A DNA stretch of 63,969 nt, counting the filler, from Sanchytrium tribonematis (taxonomy: Eukaryota): NCBI GenBank assembly GCA_018985235.1. It is 7 parts of 7 records of this genome, joined end to end, with 100 filler letters (N's around TTAATTAATTAA, not from the genome) between each part and the next. Parts side by side here need not be neighbours in the genome. Positions count along the whole stretch, not along the records: positions 37,170 to 46,211 come from JADGIG010000343.1; positions 46,312 to 55,349 come from JADGIG010000344.1; 5 more parts are not named here. One strand, given 5' to 3'. Under the pieces are notes generated by a model. It was not told the DNA's origin, did no database searches, and was given only the letters and a program-made list of their open reading frames with translations. Positions 44,904 to 54,872 of this stretch are shown here, piece by piece. The position numbers and the translations under genes were made by a program. How positions within the stretch are numbered: position 1 is the stretch's first letter; each line of letters begins with the position of its first letter.

Positions 44904-46211
44904 CTAGATGGAAGTGGGAAATGACAGCTGTCTTAATGAGTTTGTTTTATAAAGAATGCCATTACAGGCTTTTTCATAAAAGTCAATCAACAATTGTAAT
45001 GGATGATTTGCATGATTTCTCTTGGCTTTGACCTCCGTTAGAAATCTTTGAACATTATGGTTATGAATCATATCGTACTTTTTAGTTTTGATTAAAAGCC
45101 AGATATAATTCAAACTTTGAATAGAATGGTTGCTAAAAAGTGTAGTATAAAATGCTTCAATAAAATCGTTTAGAAATATTCTCAGGCAATTGGGATCAAC
45201 ATTACCATCTCCACTCAAATACTCAAAAAGAATGGGGATAACTTCCATGTTTGCGCAACAGATTCTGCTCAAATCCTCGATTTTAGTAATGGGTCGTTCA
45301 AGAGAGCCTAATTCCACGAGGAGGTCTAAATCAGAACCAACATCTGGTTTTAAATTGCTGTACAACAAAGGCCGTTGATATTTGTGGGGATTGATGCTGA
45401 GCTCAAACAAATTCAAAAACATGGTAATATTACTCATCAAAATTTCCTCTTTTATGAAAATTGACACACACAGCTCAAAATTACTAGAACGTCTGCAAAT
45501 TTTGATCGGAGGATAATCGGAAAATTTGGATGTCAAAAATTCAAGTAATTTGGTTTGCAAAAGACGCAGATAACATTCTGCAATGTCAGATATTAAAAGA
45601 GAACCAGTTGAAATCCCATACTTTCGAAAGCCTTTCGCTTTTTGAACAGCAGAATCAATCATATTGAACCATACACAATTCATTTGCATTTGACTAAAAT
45701 AAACATGCAACTTCTGACTGGCCAGTAACCAAGAGATTGTATGTGAATAAATCCTGTCAAAAAAATTAGCTAAATTAAAGAATGCGATATACGTATCTAC
45801 TTTTAAATTTTGCTTTCGCCACTCAATTATTCCGTTTTTTATAGTTTCGCAGGCTTTTAAGTAAGAAAGTTGCGATTTATCGTGAAAGTCGCTCAGGGTA
45901 CAGTCCCAGGAACAATCACTATTGTATAAATGAGGAAGTCTTGGGAAAACTGTGATGTTGGTTGATCTACAGTTGTCAACCTTTTTTGAGATATAGCCTT
46001 GAGTCAAATTTAAAACATCTAGCAGATTCAGAAAATGATTCACTTTAACAACATGCATATGAAGTGTACTAGTAATCGGAGGACTTCCTCTAATGAGTGG
46101 ATAAGTCTTATAAGGTACAGTATCATCTCCTATGAAATCGGGAATGGAGTTTCCATTTTGACATTTGAGTTCAAAGCAACTTGGGAAACAGTCAGGCAAG
46201 TAATACTTAAT
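44904..46211 (-). CDS. Abi/UG-class reverse-transcriptase-like protein with substituted catalytic motifs; 5'-truncated by the contig end
   Basis: Frame is open to the spacer (IKYYLPDCFPSCF...). FFNLANFFDRIYSHTISW, NMIDSAVQ...YGISTGSLLISDIAECYL, ICRRSSNF (YxDD position) and FELSINPHK appear in RT order and spacing, followed by a helical C-terminus. Confidence 0.65.
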   Translation of the reverse strand: MKYYLPDCFPSCFELKCQNGNSIPDFIGDDTVPYKTYPLIRGSPPITSTLHMHVVKVNHFLNLLDVLNLTQGYISKKVDNCRSTNITVFPRLPHLYNSDCSWDCTLSDFHDKSQLSYLKACETIKNGIIEWRKQNLKVDTYIAFFNLANFFDRIYSHTISWLLASQKLHVYFSQMQMNCVWFNMIDSAVQKAKGFRKYGISTGSLLISDIAECYLRLLQTKLLEFLTSKFSDYPPIKICRRSSNFELCVSIFIKEEILMSNITMFLNLFELSINPHKYQRPLLYSNLKPDVGSDLDLLVELGSLERPITKIEDLSRICCANMEVIPILFEYLSGDGNVDPNCLRIFLNDFIEAFYTTLFSNHSIQSLNYIWLLIKTKKYDMIHNHNVQRFLTEVKAKRNHANHPLQLLIDFYEKACNGILYKTNSLRQLSFPTSI

Positions 46212-46728
46212 NNNNNNNNNNNNNNNNNNNNNNNNNNNNNNNNNNNNNNNNNNNNTTAATTAATTAANNNNNNNNNNNNNNNNNNNNNNNNNNNNNNNNN
46301 NNNNNNNNNNNCTAAAGTTCTCATTTTATTAGCATGTTCCACTTTCTCGGTCATTTTATTAACAGAATCATTTAATCGTGAAATCAATTGTCAATTCTTC
46401 CAGTGACATGTAAAATCACCCTACTCCTTTTTTAAAAATCCAATTTCTTGCATCTTATTGGCTATAAATTAATTTGTCATATTATCAATAAGAGTCTTTG
46501 CAATCTTCACAAATTAATGAGATAGTATACACAAATTGTCTATAATTGAAAAAAGGGGTTCATTATTGAAATCTGCTTGCTCAATGTTTGCTTAATGTTT
46601 GCTCAATGTTTGCACATCCATGACAAACACCCAGCAAGAAATGCAAGATTGGCAAGATATGACTTTAATTGAAGCACCAATGAATGTAAAGATCATCAAC
46701 TATTTAAGAACCAATCGAGTTTTAAATT

Positions 46729-46893
46729 ATGTTGTTTTTTATCATTGCTTCCATTTTTGCATCCACCTTGAATTTATGTGATTGGGGTATCTATTGTGCT
46801 GCAACATCAAATAGTAACTATGTCAAGACAGAATATAATGGGAAAAAATCAAGACATCGACGCATAAAACATCACAAACACTCCAGAAAATGA
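46729..46893 (+). CDS. Small secreted two-Cys basic-tail peptide 1 (54 aa, not in the ORF track)
   Basis: MLFFIIASIFASTLNLCDWGIYCAATSNSNYVKTEYNGKKSRHRRIKHHKHSRK*; CCAAT at 46677, TATTTAA at 46701. Confidence 0.75.
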   Translation: MLFFIIASIFASTLNLCDWGIYCAATSNSNYVKTEYNGKKSRHRRIKHHKHSRK

Positions 46894-47070
46894 TGCCAAT
46901 AAATCAATTGAATATGAATAACTTATTGACGTGTCTTGTATTGTACAATTGTCTAGTTGTTTTCAAATTAATTCTGAAACCAAAGAAGTATTTGGCAAGC
47001 CACCTCAGGAATGCGCGAACCAATCAAACATTATCAAAATTGTATTTAACAGATCCATACATCACATGTC

Positions 47071-47277
47071 ATGTTGTTCATTGTTGTTCATGTGTTTGCT
47101 TCTTCTATATCTTTTTGTGAAGATTTGGTTTCATCTTGTTTCTTGGCGGATAGCAATTATTCTGTAGACTAAATCGATCCAACAACCAAGACAACCAAAA
47201 AGGATCCTACAACTACATGGACGAACAAAAAAAAGCATCCACACAGAAAACAATCAAATCGACGAGTCAAGACTTAA
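47071..47277 (+). pseudogene. Peptide 2 of the family, in-frame TAA at 47170-47172
   Basis: MLFIVVHVFASSISFCEDLVSSCFLADSNYSVD*IDPTTKTTKKDPTTTWTNKKKHPHRKQSNRRVKT*; CCAAT at 47020, TATTTAA at 47043. Confidence 0.7.
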
Positions 47278-47518
47278 GTAAATGCATTGTTTTTCCATTT
47301 CACAAATCCATAAATTCTCATCAATGAGTCTTTCATTTATCTCATTTCATCTCATTGATTCCATTTTTAATTTACCACTTGCATTTTTGAGCAAACTTTG
47401 ATTTGTCTTGCAAAACAATTTTCATACGGCGTGCAAGTTGGGCAAGATTTATGAAAATTTGCACAAACCAATCAACAATATTTCAAATACTACTTAAGAC
47501 GCCCATTCATCTCATTGT

Positions 47519-47692
47519 ATGTTGTTCATTGTGACCTTATTCGCTGCATCTACCAAAATCTGTTATTTCAATATTTACTGTTTAACTACAGGAGATACCA
47601 ATTATATCAAAGCACCTGTAAAGTCAACAACGACTAAAGATCATCCAGTTGATGGTGGTCAAAAAAAGAAATCAAATCGACGGGTCAAATAA
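47519..47692 (+). CDS. Peptide 3 of the family (57 aa, not in the ORF track)
   Basis: MLFIVTLFAASTKICYFNIYCLTTGDTNYIKAPVKSTTTKDHPVDGGQKKKSNRRVK*; CCAAT at 47468, TACTTAA at 47491. Confidence 0.75.
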   Translation: MLFIVTLFAASTKICYFNIYCLTTGDTNYIKAPVKSTTTKDHPVDGGQKKKSNRRVK

Positions 47693-47717
47693 ATTGTATG
47701 AAATTGTGAGACTGGAT

Positions 47718-48002
47718 TTATTTGCCACCTCTGTGCTTCTTGCGTTCGATTTGCTGTCTGTGACGTGTGGCTAGTCTTACTTTATCTCTTTTTCTCTTCA
47801 AATCAATATCACGCGCAGTTGGTTTTGATTTCTTTTTGGGACCCGCACCAAAATTGTAAGCAGCTACCCCACAGTTATGTGATTGAGTCACATAATCATC
47901 ATAGGTAATCGTACGAGACCTATATTCCCAATAAAGCGTATTGATGCAATCATCAAAAGATGCTCCAAAAACAGTAGTCATAAATGCGACAATGAACAAC
48001 AT
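47718..48002 (-). CDS. Peptide 4 (more divergent, opposite strand)
   Basis: MLFIVAFMTTVFGASFDDC...NC...PKKKSK...KRKRDK...RKKHRGGK*; TATTTAA at 48030 and CCAAT at 48053 (minus strand). Confidence 0.72.
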   Translation of the reverse strand: MLFIVAFMTTVFGASFDDCINTLYWEYRSRTITYDDYVTQSHNCGVAAYNFGAGPKKKSKPTARDIDLKRKRDKVRLATRHRQQIERKKHRGGK

Positions 48003-48415
48003 ACTAACTGTCATAATGTCAGTTTAAATACTTTTTAAAATACGCTGGATTGGTTTCGTGTATATTGGCATATATCTGAAGCGAATCAGAATCCAAGATG
48101 CAAGTCAAACAAGTTTTTACAAGGAATGTATTGATTGGATAGAAATTACCTGATTAATACACCATATCTAGCTACAATATTGAATTGTCATCGAAATTCT
48201 TTATAAAATCATCTTTTGGCAATTCTATTTTAAACTGTTTATCTTCATTTTGCATAAATTAACTTTAATTACTTGTAATTGGCTTGCAAATTGATTGCAA
48301 ATAACTTGCAAATAACTTGCACCTTGATTGTTTATCACTAGCAAGTATGACCCGATTGCAGACACCAATGAATCATTTTCTAATTTGTATTTAAGAAATG
48401 ACATTCCAAGAAATC

Positions 48416-48631
48416 ATGTTGATTTTCATCATTGCACAGATATTTGCAAGTTCATATAACGACTGCTCGGGTATTTGGAATTTTTTCAATAATTGCTATT
48501 ATGCTGATACCAATCTCGCCCATAAATCGAAACCATTACCCGTTTTTCAAAAAAATGGAAAGAAACATGGTTTAAAAAAGAAATACGATGTCTCTCGTCA
48601 TAAATCTGGTCATAAACGAAGAGTCAAATAA
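48416..48631 (+). CDS. Peptide 5 of the family
   Basis: MLIFIIAQIFASSYNDCSGIWNFFNNCYYADTNL...KKKYDVSRHKSGHKRRVK*; CCAAT at 48365, TATTTAA at 48388. Confidence 0.75.
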   Translation: MLIFIIAQIFASSYNDCSGIWNFFNNCYYADTNLAHKSKPLPVFQKNGKKHGLKKKYDVSRHKSGHKRRVK

Positions 48632-48674
48632 ATCATATGAATTACTTTTAATGGTGGCTTCATATTTATATAAA

Positions 48675-51260
48675 ATGTACGCTCTATTTTTGATTTTATG
48701 TTCAATCTCTATAGATTGTCAAATGATCATTCAATTGGCACTAGATATGGATATAAAATATACCGTGACACCTTATTTCATGCAATATGAGCAAGATTGT
48801 TGTTTGGGAGTCGGCATTATTTGTGAAAATGAGAGAGTTGTTGAAATACATTGGGGATTTACTACAAATTATATTAAAGCAACATATCCAATACTCATAT
48901 TTCCACCCTATTTACGCGTATTAGATTTATATAACAGTTATAAATCCATGATTATCAATAAATTACCCGAATCATTGGAAATATTGGATTTGAAAGATGT
49001 TTATGACTTGGATTTACAAGTGACCGCATTCCCTAATCTAAAATATATAAGATTGGGATATGAATTGGCATTGAAACACCCTAAATTACCAAATTTACCG
49101 GATTCAATTGAATATGCAGATATTTCGTATTTTACAAGTGATATTCTACCACGTCATCCTGTTAATTTAAGAGAATTGCATTCACCTAATTGTTATAATC
49201 CACACCCTCATCCATTTCCGAATCTGCTGGACACAATTGAAATTTTAGATTTGAATAATTGCAACTTGTTTGGACCCATCTCCTTGAATTTTACTCATAT
49301 TCAAAGTTTGAGATTAACTGCAAACCATTTAAATGGCAATTTATCTATTTTATCACCCAATGTTACCATTTTACAAGTGAATGAAAATAATTTTAATAGA
49401 TTGATTGTGAAACAACCACAAGAATTGGTTTCTTGTCTTTCTTCTGGTAATTACTTTGAGCCTCACAATGAAATTCAATTGCAATCATTACAACTATATG
49501 GATGTACTTATCAACTAAAAAATGCGGTGCCTTCTCCAGATTGTCCAAATTTAATGCAATTTTTAATTCAATTAAATATGCATCAATCTTCCCCTGATAT
49601 ATTTAGTCAACTTTCAAATATATCAAATTGCTGTGAATATTCTGACTCAATCATTCGCTGTGTGGGAAATAGAATTGTAGATTTAAAACTCTCTGCTTTA
49701 AATTTAAATGGAACTATAGATACTGTATTACTTCCAAATACCCTCAAATCACTAGATATCAGCAGCAATAGTATTAATGGTCCATTTCCAAATATGACTC
49801 GTTTCGATTCACTAGTATTTTTAAATTTAAGATACAATCAAATTTATGGGCCAATTTATAAATTGCCGGTTTCTTTGACGATACTCAATGTTCAATCCAA
49901 TACATTAAATGATACCATTCCTAATTTACCAAATCTACTTCAATTATACGCTGCTAATAATTTATTCGATGAATTAGAAAATGAATTTATTGGTAATAAA
50001 CTGACCAATATTGATATATCTTACAATGAAATAAAAGGAAATATTGACATGTCTACACTTATAGTCACACAGAATCAAATATTGAATTTCAAAAGCAATT
50101 ATTTTGATAAAATTATTTTTTATAAAAAAGTGAGAAATTGTGATGTTTATGATATATCAAAATCAGATTCTTGTCAATATGTTGTGAGAATGTTTCGAAA
50201 AATGGGGATTTCAAATCAAAAAATAAAAGAAAATTGCTGTGATGTTCAAGGATTAGTGACTTGTGATGTAAATATGAATGTGACCATAATTAATTTTTCA
50301 TTTTTCTATACTTTAAAGACTGTAAATGGATTTGCTTATGATAATTTAGATATTCCCCCTTCTTTATTCAAATTGACCATTTCAGCCCAATTTAATCAAT
50401 CTACTAGATTACCAAGTCCATTTCCATCACACATCACCCAATTAGAAATAACTGATACCAATATTATTGGTCCACTTCCTACTTTTCAATTTGGATTTAA
50501 ACTCCTTAAATTATCATATTTAAAATTGAATGACAAGTGGCCCATACTCCCGAATACAACTCTCACTATCATTATGATATATTGTAATATGACTGGTGCA
50601 ATCTCATCACTTCCTCCTAATTTAGACAAATTGCAAATTCAAGGAAATCAATTAATTGGTCCTTTTCCAGTATTCCCCGATTCTATCTCCACTATTACAC
50701 TTGGGGATGCATCAAATGAAGGTAATTCATTCCATGATGCCCTATATTTATATAAACCATCTTATTTGATGCTTGGAAATACAAATATAATTTCAATTCA
50801 AATTAATGACACCAAATCACTTGCCATTTGTGATTTATCATTTAATCCTTTACTAAATAGCAGCAATTTAGTTAATTTAACCATGTGTACTCAATATTAT
50901 TTAACATTTCAACCCAGTCCAAAAATATTAGAAATTCTAAATTTATCTATTTTACCAATTGCAACTCGTGTATTTTATCAAACTAGTGTTAAATTGACTA
51001 GAAATTCCACACTATCACCTAGTACAACCATTTTAAGCATTCTAACTGATAGCACAACTCATTCAATTTCTTTAACTTTGTTTCAAATTCCACAATTTGC
51101 CATTCATTTAACATGGGAAAACATCATTCGATTATTAATTAATAGTACAGCAACCATTAGAATCTCAATTGCATTATTATCACTTGAAAAATCAGGAAAA
51201 AAGACAAAATTAGCCACGCAATTATCTGATTTCAGTCAATTTACTCAAGAAATGCAATAA
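48675..51260 (+). CDS. Secreted multi-module LRR receptor-like protein (three Cys-capped LRR modules, S/T stalk, C-terminal hydrophobic segment)
   Basis: Leader MYALFLILCS; three C...CC...C caps (IDC..DCC, PDC..NCC, DSC..NCC); LPxxLxxLxLxxN repeats; CDLSFNP C-cap. Confidence 0.85.
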   Translation: MYALFLILCSISIDCQMIIQLALDMDIKYTVTPYFMQYEQDCCLGVGIICENERVVEIHWGFTTNYIKATYPILIFPPYLRVLDLYNSYKSMIINKLPESLEILDLKDVYDLDLQVTAFPNLKYIRLGYELALKHPKLPNLPDSIEYADISYFTSDILPRHPVNLRELHSPNCYNPHPHPFPNLLDTIEILDLNNCNLFGPISLNFTHIQSLRLTANHLNGNLSILSPNVTILQVNENNFNRLIVKQPQELVSCLSSGNYFEPHNEIQLQSLQLYGCTYQLKNAVPSPDCPNLMQFLIQLNMHQSSPDIFSQLSNISNCCEYSDSIIRCVGNRIVDLKLSALNLNGTIDTVLLPNTLKSLDISSNSINGPFPNMTRFDSLVFLNLRYNQIYGPIYKLPVSLTILNVQSNTLNDTIPNLPNLLQLYAANNLFDELENEFIGNKLTNIDISYNEIKGNIDMSTLIVTQNQILNFKSNYFDKIIFYKKVRNCDVYDISKSDSCQYVVRMFRKMGISNQKIKENCCDVQGLVTCDVNMNVTIINFSFFYTLKTVNGFAYDNLDIPPSLFKLTISAQFNQSTRLPSPFPSHITQLEITDTNIIGPLPTFQFGFKLLKLSYLKLNDKWPILPNTTLTIIMIYCNMTGAISSLPPNLDKLQIQGNQLIGPFPVFPDSISTITLGDASNEGNSFHDALYLYKPSYLMLGNTNIISIQINDTKSLAICDLSFNPLLNSSNLVNLTMCTQYYLTFQPSPKILEILNLSILPIATRVFYQTSVKLTRNSTLSPSTTILSILTDSTTHSISLTLFQIPQFAIHLTWENIIRLLINSTATIRISIALLSLEKSGKKTKLATQLSDFSQFTQEMQ

Positions 51261-51471
51261 ATAAATCACCAATTGGGTGTTGCAATCAACAATAAAATGG
51301 TCATTTTCTCAATTGTATTTTCAATCAATGTGATTGTCGCTAAACCCCATTCTTGCATATACTTGCACTCGAAATGACTGGATCTGTGTATATTACAAAG
51401 TATCTGCGACAAATCAAAATCAATGTGTTTTGCAATGGACAACATAAAAGGGGTAATTTCCCCATCTTCAA

Positions 51472-52227
51472 ATGATTTTCACAACAGCCATTTTATCTCT
51501 CCCTCAAGCAACAGTCAATCCATTCCAAACTGTAAAGATAGATGATATCGATTATTCTATAGTCACACACAATAACACTATTTGCCAAGTGGGCAATTCA
51601 ATGATCAATTGCGGTACGGATATTAACCAATTGCAGCTCAAATTATTAGACGGGGAAACACTTCATCAAAGCTATCCTCAATTACCCAATGGAAAGGGAC
51701 TTGATGTAAACAAGGCATACGAAAATTTTCCACCAGTTTCACTTGATTTTTATCATAATGATATCTGTGTGGTATCCCAAAATGGGTATGTTGCATGTGG
51801 TTCACAAGATCAAGGTCTGACAATGTTCCAAACTCCATCACAAGTCTATACACTTGTCCAATTTGATGCAGAAGATGTCAAACAAGTTCAATTTTCTGTA
51901 GATGGTCAGTTCCTTTGCATGTTGAATTGGAATGATGAAATGTGGTGTTTCCCACTAACTAGAAATGAGCAAAAGCAATTAGTTTTTTACCAGGGTTTTG
52001 ATCAATATCAAATGAAGAATTTGGGAGACGTAGATACTATCAGATTTGATTTCGTCATTACCAACGACTTTACTGGCAACAACATTTGTGGACACCCATC
52101 AGGTGGGGAAAAAAATGAATTAGTTTGTATAACACTTGATGGAAATTGGAGTAATGGTGCATCAAGATGCTTTGTGGGTGACAATGACGTTATAGATTAT
52201 ATCAATTGTGTCGGCGTCAAGACATAA
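51472..52227 (+). CDS. Secreted Cys-containing, probably beta-propeller-like hypothetical protein
   Basis: Leader MIFTTAILSLP; repeated IC....G.V.C units (ICQVGNSMINC, ICVVSQNGYVAC, LCMLNWNDEMWC). Confidence 0.65.
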   Translation: MIFTTAILSLPQATVNPFQTVKIDDIDYSIVTHNNTICQVGNSMINCGTDINQLQLKLLDGETLHQSYPQLPNGKGLDVNKAYENFPPVSLDFYHNDICVVSQNGYVACGSQDQGLTMFQTPSQVYTLVQFDAEDVKQVQFSVDGQFLCMLNWNDEMWCFPLTRNEQKQLVFYQGFDQYQMKNLGDVDTIRFDFVITNDFTGNNICGHPSGGEKNELVCITLDGNWSNGASRCFVGDNDVIDYINCVGVKT

Positions 52228-52425
52228 TAAATCACTTTATAAATTTTTTGAAGAAGATTCACGAGAAGATAAACTTGATTCCGTCATCCATTTTATGTCC
52301 CGAATCTATTTGTGGATTTTAAATTTACTGGTCTCTGGGATCGTATTGGCACCTATTGGAGCAAGCATATTTTATTGAAAATCCAATCTTTCTCCACAGC
52401 ACAAATATCAAGCCACATTTCTGCC

Positions 52426-54303
52426 ATGTTGTTTTATTTTGTTCTCTCAATTTTAAACGGTCAAACATCGTCAATATCCAATATTCCACTTTCATACGCG
52501 AATGAATGTCAAATTATATCCAATATTCTTACAAGTGGAAATTATTTTACTTTGATTCCAGTAGATTGTTGTGAATTCAAGTATATTTAATGTGTATCAG
52601 ACACTTTTAATCGATTACATGTCAAATATTTATATTTCAAGTCATTAGCATTAACAGGGCATTTTAATGGGAGTCAGTTACGCGAATTACTATATTTACA
52701 AGAAATTGATATATCTGATAATTTATTTGATCAAATAATATTATATGGGTATAAACAGATGCGATATACCATGTATAACATGAATTTCAAGACTGTGAAA
52801 TTGTTTGATTTGAATTTCAAGGAGGAAATTTTATTTGGAGGATCTATTATTGATGATATGTCCATTTACAATTCTTCATTGGTGAGTGGGACATTATTTA
52901 ATACGCGTATTAGATCATTGGTGATTGAAAAATCATATTTAACTCCAATTATTCCAAAATCATTAAATCGTTTGAAATTGATTGATATCTATACTGTAGT
53001 GGGTTCATTTACAATCAATTTGTATAATTTAGGGATTGAATCCTTTGAAATTAGGGATTGTAAGACACCAAATTTGAAAATGAATTTGTGGAATAATCAA
53101 ATTACCAATTTAACAATGACAAATAGTACATTGAATACTCTAGACATGTCTAATAATCTATTAAAGAGTGACTATATTGCTATAGAATCCACATTCATAT
53201 TAAATCAATTCATTTTATCAGGAAATCGAATTCAAACATTGTCAGATAATTGGAAATTTGAATGTATTTATGCCACTTTGGATCTACAAAATAATCCAAT
53301 TGAGAAAGTAGACTACTTTCCAGCATGTTTCCAACTCAATTTACAAAATATGCAAATTAATCAAAGAATTCCAGACATCCCAAATGGCATCAATTCTTTA
53401 TTCATTCAAAATAATCAATTTTATGGTACTATTACATCATTCCCATCTACATTATACACATTTAATGCTAAAAACAATCAATTATCAGGCCAATTACCCA
53501 CATTACCCAACAAACTACTAAATTTCATTTTATCAAATAATCAATTCAATGGCACCATAAATCTATTCAATCTCAATCATAATATTGCAAATGATGTATA
53601 CATGGATATAAGTAACAATCAATTCACTGGTTCCATCGATTTCCCATCCCAACAAGGTCTCAATTTAAATATTTCAAATAATCAATTTAATGGCCATTTA
53701 TCCATTATATCCAAATCTGGCAACTATTTCTTAGATGCTACTAATAACCAATTCACTGGTGATGTCTCATTTTATGGTCAAATGGTCTATATTTCCAATA
53801 ATTCATTTGATGGGATGATAAATCTTCCAAATGTACTTTGTGTTAATGCCAAATATAATCAATTTAAATCATTTATCATCAATAAGAATGTATTAAAATG
53901 TGATTTATCCAATAATCCATTTAATACTGTGGCTAATTTTACATTAAATGGTATTTGTATCATGAATGACATGTTGCCATTAGAAAAGACCATTTCAACT
54001 CGCAATATAGTCATTAAATCAACAGGCATCACTATATCAACACTAAAATACGAGTCAATTACTCAAAATGTCCCCCAATCAACCTCAAATTTCACTTTTA
54101 CAAATACATCATTTTTCACCAATTCATCCAATTCACCCATTTTAAACCCATCCGACATGGCCAATCTGCAATACAGTGCACTTTCAAGATGTGCCATCTC
54201 TATTCTACTATTAGGTATCCTTTTAAACTCATTTGTAGTCCATTTAAAAAAATTAAGAAATCGTCGTCACAAATCAGAAAACCATGAATTTATTTATACT
54301 TGA
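52426..54303 (+). pseudogene. LRR receptor-like protein with a premature TAA at 52588-52590
   Basis: Same frame on both sides of the stop (VDCCEFKYI*CVSDTFNRLHV...); NNQFxG LRRs, CDLSNNP cap, TM helix plus basic KKLRNRR tail. Confidence 0.8.
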
Positions 54304-54872
54304 TTCACCATAGGTTGAGATGGCTGTGCAACACCTCCCTGATGAATAGGTTCTCTATAATTCCCTTGATTGGCCAATGGTTGCGTATTTCCAGCTTGAT
54401 TATAATTATTATTATAAGTGCCACCATACTTCTTTCCATCATGTTTTAATGCTCTTGCCAATGCCAAATATAGTGGAATCATGAATAATCCCAATAAAAT
54501 ACTGAATATAATTCCTAATACTTGAGTAGCAGCAATAATTCGTTTCAAGCTATTTCTGTCATTATCTTCAATCAACATGCTTTGAGGTGGATAGGAGTCA
54601 TCCGTATGTCGATTAATGAGTGAAATGAAGCAGATATGGCATATAAATGCAGCAAACATAAATGTTAAATAAAGAGCCATAGCAGCAAGTACCATTTTAC
54701 CATTTTTAGCAAATAATGCAATCATTCCGAGCAATGAAGCTACTGTCCACAAGGTTGCAGTCGTCCATTCAGCCACTAAATATTGGTATAAACCATATAG
54801 CAATGTTAAAAAGAGTCCCAATGTTAAAAGGGCTTTGGAAACATGAGTTGCTGTTGAATGCGTTTTGACCAT
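54294..54872 (-). CDS. Four-TM membrane protein with an N/Q/G/Y-rich cytoplasmic tail
   Basis: Four hydrophobic segments; architecture similar to 44001-44519. Confidence 0.72.
   Translation of the reverse strand: MVKTHSTATHVSKALLTLGLFLTLLYGLYQYLVAEWTTATLWTVASLLGMIALFAKNGKMVLAAMALYLTFMFAAFICHICFISLINRHTDDSYPPQSMLIEDNDRNSLKRIIAATQVLGIIFSILLGLFMIPLYLALARALKHDGKKYGGTYNNNYNQAGNTQPLANQGNYREPIHQGGVAQPSQPMVNQV

Larger units (their letters stand above)
46677..48415. promoter_or_regulatory. Five copies of a fixed-spacing CCAAT + TA[TC]TTAA core promoter
   Basis: TA[TC]TTAA begins exactly 28 nt before the ATG in all five peptide genes; CCAAT begins 23-24 nt before that. Confidence 0.75.

Noticed and set aside
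52588..52590. In-frame TAA in an LRR gene (also 47170 in peptide 2) suggesting TAA=Gln recoding as in Amoeboaphelidium protococcarum
   Set aside because: Conserved genes (THR4, MEF1, DUG1, RPL31, PCMT1) have no internal TAA/TAG and end at TAA, so these are best read as nonsense mutations. The 20-nt GT-AG around 52581-52600 would break the frame.
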